From assembly GCF_009914755.1 (NCBI RefSeq), contig NC_060930.1: a stretch of 64,000 nucleotides of DNA; one strand, written 5' to 3'. The position numbers and the translations under genes were made by a program. This stretch comes from the human T2T-CHM13v2.0 reference genome, Homo sapiens. The notes beneath the pieces were generated by a model, which worked only from the letters and a program-made list of their open reading frames with translations, did not search any database and had not been told where the DNA came from. Positions 15,011-30,134 of this stretch are shown here, in pieces (the stretch's first letter is position 1; every line of letters starts with the position of its first letter).

Positions 15011-15653
15011 TTATTTTGAATTTTGCAGAAAGTGACATTTCTCCTTACCTTCTTGTCAGAGCTATGCCAGAGTCCATAACTGGAGTGTTGACATGGAAAG
15101 TTTGAGAAGTGTGAAACAAAAGAGGAAGTTTGAATTTCATCAGTTACTTTTTTGCTTTTTTAGATCTTTTGAAACTAGTTATTTGCCTTGGGGTAGATTT
15201 TCTCTTTTATCAGTGCATTATTGAAACAAACAAGCAGATTAGTCTGCTTCCTGTTTGACAGTGAAGTCATAAAATATGAACAGCTTTGTTGGTCCCAAGA
15301 CCTGTCTCTTTCTCACAGAGAACAGCTGATTCACAGTCAGGTCATGTAGGAGGGCCTCCCACCTGTAGGGCAGGGCCAATTCTAAGTGACAGTCTTTGCT
15401 TCACGCCAGTCTGTTCTCCTTTATTAAATTTCTCTGTGCTATCCAGTCAGAATGTGCTCAGAGTCTAGTTTGTGCTGCAAGAATCATAAAGCCATTCGTT
15501 CAGCAGATTCATGTCTAAAATGTCTCTGTGCAAAGAAGTTTAACTGTGGCCACCCTTCTAAGATCAGCTTTCCAATTCAGTATGTTTTGATTTTTGAAAA
15601 ATGTATTCCTGTTTTCCCAAATAATTTATAAATTTATGTCTTCATTTTCTTGC

Positions 15654-16030
15654 TGTCACTTGGCAGAAATAGAATGCGCAACCCCCCAACCCAAAATCTG
15701 ATTTGGATGTTGAGACTGATAATGCCACACACCCCAACAGGATGTGAAAAGGTTTATTCCTCACATAATGAGGCTTTCTGGAGAGAGCAGGGTGACTCCT
15801 AAGCAGGTGCAAAAATGGCTTGAGAGAGCATGGAGGTATGGCTGGCTTTGGCTTTTATTGTGGGGCAGGGGCAAGGGCTACCCGCAGGTAGGGCTTGTGT
15901 ATTTTGGAGAGAGTTTTCAGGCTTTTTTAAACCTTTGCTCAGATGTAAGGCAAGCAGGAAAATAGGGAAAGGTGGGGCTTGAAAGCCATCCGGAGTGAAA
16001 TAACAAAAATAGGGGCAGACTCTATTACAT
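15654..16030 (-). mobile_element. ERVL-type solo LTR (LTR47-like, subfamily tentative)
   Basis: Reverse strand begins tgtaatagagtctgcccctatttttg...ctttcaagccccacc. Antisense AATAAA near 15750. TG...CA ends. Confidence 0.55.
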
Positions 16031-16128
16031 TAATCTAGCATTCTACTTGAGTAATAGTCACATTTCAGGCACAGACATTTTCCTTTGGAATATTATTAAA
16101 CTCAGTCACCTAATGAAAACACAATGTG

Positions 16129-16659
<531 letters not shown>

Positions 16660-17383
16660 TCAAATGAGCTGGATTTGTTGTTCTTTCCTCCATTCTCCTT
16701 CCAACTCTCAGCACCTCCCACCCTACCCCATTGCCAGTATTGGGAATAGAAAAAGAAATATTTCCTTTTTGCTCTTGATAATGGTTTTATTGTCATAGGT
16801 GGGGCAATAAACAGTCTTTCTCTGACATTCTCCAAAGTAGAAATGGCGAGTATCCAGTAACTCCAAACAGTAGATCAACCCTCCTAGTTAACTCAGTGGG
16901 TTTTGCACTTCTGTGCACCTGTTTCTTCTGAATGTTTCAACAGAAAGTTCCATTGCTACATATTTCATAATCCATGGTGTGCATCTGAGATTTTTACTTT
17001 GCCATGGTGGGTAAACAGCACAGAAATCATTACAACTTTGTTCCTTCTTGATCATGTGAATTTCTGAGTGTTGACTGCACTCAGAATCATTTCCTAAAGA
17101 AATTTCGATCCTTCCTTTAGGTGCTCCCTCAAATCATCTTAGTGGAGGGAAGTTAATCATTTATATAGTGGGGAGTCTTGGTTAGTTCCTTAAATTTCAT
17201 AAGAAGATATCAGCCTATTGATGGATTTTTAAAGCACATGAACTTTTTCTCTTATTGAGAAAAAAAGAACAATTGTGCTCCAGCCTTATCCTGTTTTCTG
17301 GACAACTCTTACTAGAAGTTCATTTAGGAGAAATTTTACACATAAAGGATCCCCAGAAGATATGCAGTCTATTCATCTGGCTT

Positions 17384-18150
17384 GGTGGTTCTCAACCTCA
17401 ACTGTCAGTCCTTAATATAAAAAGGCCACCTTTACTATCCTAAAATGAAATTCCTAGACAATATAACATACTTACACAAATTACTCTAAGCACCAATAGA
17501 ATTTCCTAACCATATGTAAAAGAACAAACGAAAGAAGTTTGTGTTTAAAATCCTTTATATTTCAGTGTGTACATGCTGGGGTACAACCCTTCCAAAAGAC
17601 ATAATGAAGTAGTCTCCTGTCTGCCCCCATAGGGAGAATCACCATGATTGGGACAGCAGATGCACATGCAGATGCAGACTGGTGAATGAATGTTGTACTG
17701 TCAACTCAGATACCACAAGGACAGATCCCAGGTGGCATGTGACATGATTTTCCAAAATAATGAACAACTCTTGGTATTATACAATTCTAAACAAAACAAA
17801 GTAACAGTCTTCTCTTTGTTTTTATGGGCGTAGCATTCCTGGAAAAGCCAATGTATTCTGACACAGAACATCAAAGAATGTGTTTATATGTAAAACAGAG
17901 TTAGGTTCGGGGCTTCAATCTGTGTAAACAAATGTTTCACTTCTTTGCACACCCAGCAGGGCATTCCGGCGTGCAGGCTGTAGGTCAGTCCTCATGGTTG
18001 GTGACCGCCCTGTGTGTTGCCTGGCATCTAGCCTCCCAGCCACTGCCCAATAAAGGCCAATATTGCCCACCCTCCTGGGAGGACCAGAAATATCCCCGCA
18101 AATTTCCGAATTTCCCTGAGAAGGTAGTATTGACTCGATTGAGAAGGACT
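17384..18150 (+). mobile_element. hAT-Charlie fossil (MER20B-like)
   Basis: Left end gtggttctcaacc, right end ...gattgagaaggact, MER20-like 3' portion, about 770 bp. Confidence 0.45.
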
Positions 18151-18491
18151 TCTTAAATATTTTAAATTTTATACCTAGATCAAGCCAGAAAACCAGAAAA
18201 CTGGATGTCTGGGTCTTAAATAATCTCTTTATTAACCTTCACTTTTTATGCAATGTTCTATAATATAAACTTCTGATGGTATTATTAGAAGTATTATCAA
18301 GCAAATCATTCAATAACCCTCTTAATGTCTGCTGGGAAATTTCCATTACATCTCAGGGTCTGGAGAATCTAGAAATCTCCTTAGTATTTTCACCTTTTAA
18401 TCTTGCATTAGGTTACATTTCTTTTTCAGTTTTGATGCTAGGAAGCATAGAGCCACATTGTGACCCACTTATAATAGTTATGAGGATGGAT

Positions 18492-18520
18492 ACACACACA
18501 CACACACACACGCACACACA
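18492..18520. repeat. (CA)n microsatellite
   Basis: About 14 units with one CG interruption. Confidence 0.95.
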
Positions 18521-19138
18521 TTCTCTCCTGACCTCATATTGTTTCCTCTTTTCTCTTGCTTTGAGTTATTTTTATTCTTAATATTTAAATGCTTGTATTG
18601 ATGCCTCAGATCCTTTTTGAAATGAGGCAGAGAAGATAATAAGTAACTAGACTGAATAAAAAGATTTGAGACCTCTTTCTGAACATTTTTGGAATCCCAG
18701 AGGGATCTTAATGTTAGTTGTAGGCATGAATGCTACAGCCCATTAGCTCTGCCTATGAAAATGAAGTGCCTCCAAATTCCCAGCTTGCTCCATAAATAAA
18801 TCATTCCACACATTTCCCAAATTTTTTTCCTCCTTGTTTCAGCACTAAATATAAGGATACTGCAAATTCTATAAAAAGAAATTACTTTATCTTTGAAAAT
18901 GAAAAAACACAACCCAAATTTTTATAAAATTATTAATAAGACTAAAAGTAAAAAAATATTTTCACTTCAAATTCTCACTTACTTACATGTTATATGTTAT
19001 CTTTCTGCTTTCTTCGGATGCCCATTTTCTTCAGATGCCCATATGTCTATGTGATTTTATAAAGATTTTGTGATTGTAATTTACTTCAACTTCTTTTCTG
19101 GAATTAGGTAAGATATAAGTACATTTGTTTTTTTTAAT

Positions 19139-19340
19139 TTATATACTATGCATTTATATGCATAGTATATAATAAATGTATTAAATAAATTTATTGTGTA
19201 CTATGCCTTTTATTTATATACTATGCATTTTTATTTATATACTATGCATTCATACATAGATATTTTGTAGTCTGTGCATATACTACACATACACTACAAA
19301 ATACATAGACTACACATAATGTATGCATAGACTACAAAAC
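19139..19340. repeat. AT-rich block of direct and inverted tatactatgcat / actacaaaa units
   Basis: Perfect 15-bp inverted repeat at 19139-19172, roughly 20-21-bp tandem units, and a second inverted repeat at 19261-19271/19293-19303. Confidence 0.8.
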
Positions 19341-20184
19341 ATCTTATTTTCTTTCTTTTCTTTCACTTTTCCTTAAATATTCATAATAAGGAATTCTTTT
19401 TTCCTTAAAATAGAATTCTTGAGCCCTCTGCTGGAAGTATTCAGTATTTGTATGAAGCAGCAGTATATGGGAGTTTTACAATTCTAACTTAAGTTTTTTA
19501 AAAAGAAAGCAACATGATAGCAAAAATATATGGTCAAATTGTAATTAATATCAGGATAAATAATTTGCTAAACAGTACTTTTAAGATGATTTATATTGGA
19601 AGTTATATTCCATTTGAGTAAAATAATGATGAGAACATTCAAATGAAGGCATAATTTGAATGTATTGAATACTCTAAGTTAACTTGTGAATATTTTATTT
19701 TTGTATACTTCATAAAAACCATCCATTTACATTTTATTCTCAAATTTAGATTCATTAATTCAGCAAATACTTAATGAACACCTACTATATGCTAAGGACT
19801 TACTAGTTGTTAGGGATGCACTGATGAGAAAATGTACATTGGTGCTTTCTCACAGTAGGTCAAACTGTGATTGGAAATGCCAGATCAACACACCATTGCA
19901 TTTTTAAGAAATGGATTAGCAGGGATCTGAATTATTTGCATATATAACATAGAAAAATACCTGAGTATGTTTGATGCTTCAAAAGTTGCACTAATTCAGG
20001 TAGGAGAATGGATAATTGAGTTGTAGTTCTTTGTCAAGGACTGCCTGAAAAATAAGACAGTAATTTGCATTATACTTTGCAGGAAGAAAATAATAGGCAT
20101 TTATTCTATAGTAATTGAATAGACAGATATAGCACCTTAAAAACTAATGATAGCCATTCATCTCTATGTATCATGTATCTGTCA

Positions 20185-20353
<169 letters not shown>

Positions 20354-20910
20354 TATAAGAGAGGATAAAAATTGATTCCAGCTTGTGGCATCTTTGGAGA
20401 ATTATTTGTTGAATCCAACTGTAAGAATCAATTCTGCTGGTTGGCACTGGAGAAAGTCACTGTTTTCACTTCAAATCCATGACCCCAAATCTCAGACAGA
20501 TACCCAATGCCAGGCAATGTTAATCTGTTTCCCTAGTAAATTTGCTTTCCTCCTCTTCTTGATGAGTTTCTCACCCTCTCTCTTCTCTTTTTAGAGACAT
20601 TCCCCTCACTAACCTACCTCCAGTACACATATCATAAGGAAAAGTCACCGTCCATTGAGAAAATAGAAACAGAAAGGAAGATCTTCATCATCTTACCATC
20701 AAATTCTCAACCCTCCCTGTTTCTGAACTTATTCTGGGTATATCCCTCTTTTACAGTGGGAGGGGTATCCCTGAACTGTCAGAGACTAATCTCCCCCACG
20801 TAGGGTCCAGATCCACTCCCTCCGACTCTGTCCAATATCACTCCTGTTATCCTGCTGCTGTCTCTTCTGCCATCAGTTTCTCCTCTACTGCATTCTATTG
20901 CTCACCTTTA

Positions 20911-21237
<327 letters not shown>

Positions 21238-21456
21238 TTATTTCTATATTCCTCTTGAGCTACCACTTATTTCTCTGACTCTTCTCACAGCAGAGCTTAT
21301 GAAAAGTGTTACATAAAGTTATTTTTCCTCACTTTCACTCATTTATCACTCACTTTTCCACTCCAAGTCTGGAGGCTTTTATCTTCATCATTCCACTAAA
21401 ACTGTTCTTGGCAGTCACAAATATTGCCAAATCTAATTAAATACTGTCATATGTGA

Positions 21457-21812
<356 letters not shown>

Positions 21813-22082
21813 CACCAGCCTGCCTATTCTCTCTTGGCCTTTGTAACACTGCTCACTGTGGGCTTTTATTCTGTGCCACCACCAGCCTTCCCGTCACTCC
21901 TTTCCAGGTGGCTTTGCTTGCTCCTCCCCACTCTGTAGGCTTCAAATCCTTCCTGCTTCAGAACCCTCCTGTTTAATCCAACTAGCTTCCTTGGTGATGT
22001 CATCCAGACCCAAGTTATTTGGTATTGACAAATAACTTGCTATTATCTTATGCTATTGACTCCCAGCCCCTACCTATACTCT

Positions 22083-22460
22083 AGACCAAGGATCAGCAAA
22101 CTTTTTTTGTGAGGAGCCAAAAATAATTCAGTAAATAATTCAGGCCATATAAAGTTTCTGTCACAGCTGGGTGCAGTGGGTCACGACCATAGTCTCAGCA
22201 CTTTGGGAGGCCAAAGCAGAAAGATCGTTTGAGCCCCGGAGCTCGACACCAGGCTGGGCAACATAGCAAGACCCTGTCTCTATTTTAAAAAGTAAATAAA
22301 GTTTATTTCGCAACTACTCAACTTAGCTGTTGTAGCATGAAAACTGCCAGAGACAAATATGTAAATGAATAAGCATAGCTATGTTATAATAAAACTCTAT
22401 TTATACTTAAATTTGAATTTCATATAATTTTCATGTATCACAACATATTATTCATCTTTT
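22083..22460 (+). mobile_element. MER58B-like (hAT-Charlie) interrupted by a FLAM
   Basis: Motifs caaggatcagcaaacttttt and caactactcaacttagctgttgtagcatgaaa. Confidence 0.7.
22165..22293 (+). mobile_element. FLAM_C-like Alu monomer
   Basis: Single left monomer. Degenerate TSD ataaagtttctgtcac / ataaagtttatttcgc. Confidence 0.8.
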
Positions 22461-22501
22461 GGGTTTGGGGGACTGTTTTAAAAAGTTAAAACTATTTTTA
22501 G

Positions 22502-23855
<1,354 letters not shown>

Positions 23856-23859
23856 TATG

Positions 23860-24338
23860 TGCTAAGTCCCATGGCTAATGCCCTGATTGCCTACCAATAT
23901 TCATTTCCTCTTTTTTCTTTATATAGAACTCTAATTTGATTTGGGACTATGGTGCATCTAGCCATAAAAATTTAATTTCCCAGGCTCTTTTACAGCTATG
24001 TGTAGCCACCCAGCCAATGAGATGTAAATGGAAGTCTCTGTAACAGTGTTTGTAAGAAATCTATTGTTTTTCTGATAAACAATGCCAGACTCAGCTGGCA
24101 AATGTTTTTTGTTCTTTGACCTCTCCTTTCTTTCTGCTTTGAATGTAGACATAATGCCTGGTGGTATGGCAGCCAATCTGAGACCATGAAACCACAGCCT
24201 GAGATTTGCCAAGCAGGAAAATACAAGGAGGCTGGTTGCCACTCTAAGTGGCCTAATCCAAATGTTATTGGAAAAGTAACCCTTATATTTGTTTAAGCTG
24301 CTTTGTTACATATAGACACACACAATTGTAATGATACA
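23860..24338 (+). mobile_element. MLT1-family MaLR LTR
   Basis: Motifs ttcccaggctc...cagcta...gccaatgagatgtaaatggaagt and tgtttaagc...ttgttaca...taatgataca end. Confidence 0.65.
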
Positions 24339-24344
24339 CAAGCA

Positions 24345-24500
24345 TTCTTTTGGTCCTTAAAACAGTTTTTGAGGTAGACATCATTATTTTCACTGTACAA
24401 ATAAGAACACTGAGGCACCTGGAGTTGAGCTGTTCTCCCAAGTTGATTCTGTCAGCAAGTGTAGGAGCCAGGATTTGAAAGCAGACAGCGTGACCTAGAA
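24345..24500 (-). mobile_element. MIR
   Basis: Motifs tgaggtagacatcattattttc...cactgaggcac and ggagccaggatttgaa. Confidence 0.65.
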
Positions 24501-25046
24501 CACATGGGCTTATTAGTTCACCAGATGTCTGTGGAGACCCAGGATGAGGTAGGGGTGGGGAGAGATCTTGCCAAGCTTTGTATAAGGAGTGGATTTAGAG
24601 TTGGATCTTGAAATGAGTAGGATTTTGACATATGGAAATTAAAGGAATGAGGAGGACATTGAAGATGGAGAACAAGGTATTGCCTGAGTGTGGAGACTAG
24701 TAGATTACTGGCTTTAGCAAAGGGACCAGAAGGTCATAAAACTGGAGAAAAGTTTTTAACAGCAGGTTGGGGCTACATGGTGAGGTTTTCCAAATACAAG
24801 CCTCAAAAGTTTGAATTCTCTGATTCATAGAGAACTACTGAATTCTAGCCAGTATTGCTCAGATGGAGCACTTCAACAGGCATATTTATGAACATTTCCC
24901 AATATGATCACAACATTTAGAAACTGGAATTCATGTGTTTTATTATCCTTACCTGAACTATGTTTTTCTTTCTTAAAAATAAACTTCAGATGTCAGATAT
25001 AGATGTGCAGTGCATGAGTCAATTTAGAAAATTCTTTTCCTTTAAA

Positions 25047-25066
25047 TGGCTGCCACCTTGTGGATA
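25047..25066 (-). promoter_or_regulatory. Candidate CTCF motif (reverse orientation)
   Basis: Reverse complement reads TATCCACAAGGTGGCAGCCA, against core CCASYAGRKGGCRS (one mismatch). Confidence 0.4.
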
Positions 25067-28039
25067 AAAAGTCCTTAGTGCAGTGGTTTTGAAACTAAAA
25101 CTAGATTGGTAGAAATTTCTCATAGCTAGATAGATCTTGTGTTTCATGTTCCATCTGTGAGAATTCTGTCATAAATAACTTTATGCAAAACATTTTATGT
25201 GTGTTGAATATATGATCATTTAACAGCTATTTATGCTGTTGTATCCAGTTCATTTGATGATTATAAATTCAAGATTCTGATAATTTGCCATTCTGTAATA
25301 CTATACAGGAAAAAAAAAATACCAAAGAAACAAACTATAAAGAAGGGAGGAAATGTAATCATTTATTCTCATAAATGGTATTAGACCACTCTAATTTGCA
25401 GTTGTACAAGCGCTTGTTTTGCTTGCAAAAGCGTGTTGTTCATGTGCACACATGGTATGTGTGTTTACTAAAGACCTTAGTTGTCTGATTTTAACATGCT
25501 CAAATCCTTCAGTCCACTGTACACATAGACCAAGAAGCAGGTAATTAAAAAATCTCCTTATGCAAGAAATGAAGAAGATAGCTTTGAAGATCTGAAGATA
25601 CAAAATTTTCTGAAGATGCCAACTCACTTGATCACAGGCAGGAGAAAAAAAAAGGTCACACTGAGACTTACCATGGCTGTTAAAGACAGTCCCTACCAGC
25701 CACCAATCCAAGAGGCTAGGTATAAGGGAGAGGGAAAATAAAGAGAAAAAGAAGACAGAATTGAGAGAGTGGACATCTGATGATCCAGGAGGATGAGCTG
25801 AAGAAGGAGGGGCAGGGATGCCCTGGGGACTGTGGGGTGTCCCTACTCCCACCGCTCAGTCCCAGCTCCACCCTCCCAGAGCCCCCATGTGAGGTGTGGG
25901 CACTGACTGAGGTGGCCCACGTCATCATGCTCTATACAGAATCTCACCTCAGGTCCCATTCTCCTCCTCTTTCACCGGATTCTGGCCCCATATTCTGCCT
26001 GGAGACCAGGAGTCCCAGTCTTATTGCAGTTTAGAGGGTCTTCATTGGAGATCATGCAAATTCTCCTGTCTGCTACCAACCCTGCTTGGATTGGTGACCA
26101 GAGGACATGTTGGCACACAGTATTCAAGAGTGCCTCCTACCAGGAGGGTGATTGGGCCACCTCATGACTGAATTCTGACATAATTTCTCCTACCAGGTAC
26201 CCATCCCCTTCTCCTGCACTTGTGGGTTTTACACTATTACTTTGTCACACCATTCTGTGTCACCCTAAATACAGCCACTGGTCGGTTCTTATCCCCACCA
26301 AAATGAGTGTAGAGTTTCAGCATTTGGAATGGGAATCAGTCGTGGCCCTCTCCTTATTCATATGACCTTGCCTGCTACAAATTGCAGGAGATGTTCCTGG
26401 GCCAGACCCAAGTAATGAGATGTGATCATCTCATTACTTGGTGAGGTGAGACTAGAGGTGACCTCTCTGCTAGCACTGTCCAACATCCCTCATTCGAGAA
26501 CAGCCCCTTGTGTTCCACCACCTGGAGGTCAGGCGGGGAAAGAATCCTCTATACAGGTGGTTCTGTGAACAAGAAACATTCATGCCCCCACCTAAGTTTG
26601 CTCCTGGTTGCATCAAAACCTGTTTGCAAATCTGGAGAAGCCCCAGCTCTACAGGTGAGCTCCACCCAAGCAGGTGAGCGTCACTGGGGGTAGAGGCAAT
26701 GCCCAACCTAGTTTGGCTTCTTTTAGGGTTTCCTTTCCCCCCACTTCCCCCAGCCCGCCCCATCCCGCCCCTGGATTCTGGACCACTTGGCTTTATGTAT
26801 CTAGCATTTTCTTGATCTCTTGTTATTAAGACATTTTGTCTTGTCCACTGTTTATGCCTCTAGCTGTGATATGCTCCTCCAGACTGATGAGTGACTGGAT
26901 GTGTCAGGCCACTCACATTAGCTCCTATTCCCACCCTGTGTGCTTTCAGATCTTGGGGAACATCTCTTCCTTCCTGCAGGTGGTCCTTGAGTCACCCTTC
27001 TTCCTATCTGTCCTGGTTTGAGTGTCAGACTACATGTTGATGGGTATGTTTCTGAAATACCTAAATATAATGCTTGGCAGAAGTTAAATGCAGCTGTCTT
27101 AGTTGTTCTCCATAAACCTGTGTGTTTGAGATCCCTTTTTTTCTGCAGAGGTTGTTCTTTTGGCCAGTCCTTCGAGGCAGGTGACAGATAAATTCACCAC
27201 ACTGTAAATCATGAGGAGACTTGACCTTTGATTTCATTGCTGGCCAAACACAAATTCCCTGGAAAAATATATTCGAACAGTCAGTCACCAAAGAGCAACA
27301 AAGCTGAATCAAAAGCCTCTGGTACAGTGAGGTTTGCAAACACTGGTTCTGTTTCCATAAGTGAGAACAGCTGTCCTGGTAGGGTTTCTTTCTCCAACCC
27401 TTTAAGAGCACTTAGAGATTTTCTGTGCTAAAGCATATTTTAGAAAAACTTATGTTATAATGAGTGGAAGGAAAAAACTACAAAACAAAAAATAAAAAAA
27501 GACAAAAACAATCGCCGTATGGGTTTTTCATGTGCAGGCTTCTGGAAGTCAGCCTGCTGGACATGTAACACATGCTATGGAATATTCATCTTGTCTCTCT
27601 GTGATCACTGTCTTTGTGTTTGCTATTAGTGAGCCTTGGAGGTTATCATAAATACCAGTTGTGTGAAATGAGCGCAACTGACAGGATTTAAAGGCTAAAC
27701 CAACCTTTCTAATCCATCTATTCCCCATTCTCCTCCTTAGGCCATGCCTCTTCTGCAAGACTATACAACATCCTTGCTCCTCTGATGGGAGCTGCACTAA
27801 TTTCGTGAATGTCAGTCAAAGCCTCCTTCCTTGAGGAGTTGGCGAAAGACGGGTTTCTCTTTCTGACTAGATGGAAAAGGAGATATAAAGATTTTTCAGA
27901 ATAAGATGAGTGTTGGTATTTTTGCCACATGTGCTTAACTTTTTCACTTCTTTACTTTGCCACTTAGAAATATAGAGTCCTTTTTTCTTTCTTATAAAAT
28001 TAGTTAAAATTGATTCTGAATAAAAAACATGTGTAGAGA

Positions 28040-28800
28040 TCAATTAATTCATTAGCATTTTAATTAAGTAACTTCATGAATATTGAGCAACAGCTATGTG
28101 TGCTGAACATTGTTCTAAGTGCTGGGGATACAAAATAGACTAAGTCCCTGCTCTCCTGAAACTTATACTGAGCAGAGAAAAATTAGCAAATAGGCAAAAA
28201 GATATATAATGTGAGGTGGTAAGCACTATGGTGAAGAATAAAACAAAGTTAGGAGCTAGGGAATGATGGCTGTTCAGGGGTGGGTTACTGTTCTACATAG
28301 GATGGTCAGGGAAGGTATCTCAGGTAAGACGTTATCTGAAGTATATGAGGGAGTGGCCCAGGCAGAGCAAACAACTAGTTGTAAACACCAAGGTGCTCAG
28401 CATATTCAATAACTTTTTAGGTTATAGTGGAGACTTTTTGGATTTTATTTTCATGGAGATGGAAAGTCTTCAGAAAGTTCTGAATAAAAACAGTGACATG
28501 ATTTCATTTGTGGTTTTAAAGAACCAGTCTGGTTGATATTATTAAAACAGATAGTGTGAGTGGACAAAGGAGAAAGCAGTGCAACTAGCTAGGAGGTGAT
28601 TACAGTTAAGTTTAGGAAGAGGAATGGACTGGACTAAAGCAGTGATTATCGAAGTCATGAGCAGTGATTGAATTCCGAAACTATTTTGAAGATAGAACCA
28701 GCAGGACTGGCTGATGGATTCGATATAAGGCCTAAGGAAAACAAGAGTCAAGAATGACCCTGAGGTTTTCAAACCTACCATCCAGTAGAAAGAGAACCTA
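28040..28800 (-). mobile_element. L2a 3' region, antisense
   Basis: Motifs attcatt...tattgagc...ttgttctaagtgctggggataca and gagtcaagaatgaccctgaggtttt. Confidence 0.7.
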
Positions 28801-29029
28801 TAGTGATGCAGGAACAAGAGGGGAGAATTGCAGGCAGAAGGGGTTGGGATCAAGCACACAAGTGGACTGTTGGGGAGAGCAAAAGGTACTGATACAGATG
28901 TAGGTAGATAGGTTGGTAGATTTGGTGGTAAGAGGTTTTCAAAGATCATGAAGTGAAAATCCAGTGGCAGAGAAGGAGTTGGAGGCTTGAGAAAGGAGCG
29001 TGCTGAAGTAGTAGAGTGGAGGGGTGAAT

Positions 29030-29208
29030 TGACTAGTGCCTCCCTGTGCATCAGAGCCACTCAGGACACTTGTTAAAAACACTAGTTGCCTCACCCTGAA
29101 ACTTACTGATTCAGTATGTCTGGGAGGCTCCCAAGAGTTTGCAGTTTAATAAGTTCCTAGGTGATGCCAATGCTGCTGGTCCAGAGACCAGATTCAGGAA
29201 GCACTGGG
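29030..29208 (-). mobile_element. MER5A
   Basis: Motif ctgattcagtatgtctggg...aagttcctaggtgatgccaatgctgctggtcc. Confidence 0.75.
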
Positions 29209-30035
29209 CTGGGGAAATGGGTTAGAATGGAGGGCTGGGGCATCACTAAAGGCCTCCTTGCACCTGGCAGTAATTCATGTGAATTTTGTCAACATGGTCG
29301 TGTGCCTTTTTTCCAGCCCTGATCAGCTGCTCAAGAGCTGGCAGCAGTAGGTAGATAATTGGACTTAACAAAGTGAAAAATTGGTATCACCAGGATACTT
29401 GGGAGGCATTACCTCTATGTGATGTCTTTGTATTCTGAAAATGCTAGTTGAACCTCCTTTATTTTAAATAGAAAGGATAAGAGAATCTGAGACTGAGAAA
29501 GAGGAAAATGGAAGTTTGCGTATGAAGCTTACTGTTGTAGGACTTAGAAGTAAAATGGACTAATATCCACCTCTGGTCTTATATGGCAAGGAGAAACATA
29601 TGCCCCTTTCCCTAAAATACCTGTTTCTGTGGTCTACTAAAGAGCAAAATTCTGAAATATACTTTGAAAAACTAAAACTCAGTTCTTTTGCATTTTATAA
29701 GATTATATCACAAACTGAATTTTAAGAGGGTTATGTTTTTCTTTGAAAATGTTTATACCCTTCTACAAAAAAATAAGTGGTTAAGTGCAGAGCTTCACAC
29801 ACACAAATGGTATCAGCACATGCAGTAAAGAGAAAAATTGGCTGTTAGAGTAAGGGCCACAGCTCATTAATCAGAACAGGAAGAGAAGAACTGACTTCCA
29901 TAAAAAGGAACAGTGTTAATTGAAATAGAGTACGTAAAGCAGCAATTTAAATATACTATGGTATATCTACATATTAAGCAGCATTATATTTTTAAGTGTA
30001 ACTGATAGTTTTATTTTTGTTAACAAACAAAACAG

Positions 30036-30134
30036 ATTTTGCTGGAGCCAGGTGTGATCCAGGATGTGCTAGCAGCGGGCAGTCACCTACAGCTGTTGGA
30101 GCTTCTCAATTTATGCTCCCACTATCTCATCCAG
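30036..30134 (+). CDS. KLHL32: KLHL32 coding exon (99 nt, phase 0-0), end of BTB: ILLEPGVIQDVLAAGSHLQLLELLNLCSHYLIQ
   Basis: Acceptor aaacAG at 30034-30035, donor CAG|GTATGT. In frame with the previous exon. Matches the KLHL 'VL.AA..LQ...L...C..YL' motif and lies within ORF 30039..30221. Confidence 0.95.

Noticed and set aside
28542-29060. 172-aa minus-strand ORF
   Set aside because: Overlaps decayed L2 and MER5A sequence. The P/S/L-rich composition reflects the repeat.
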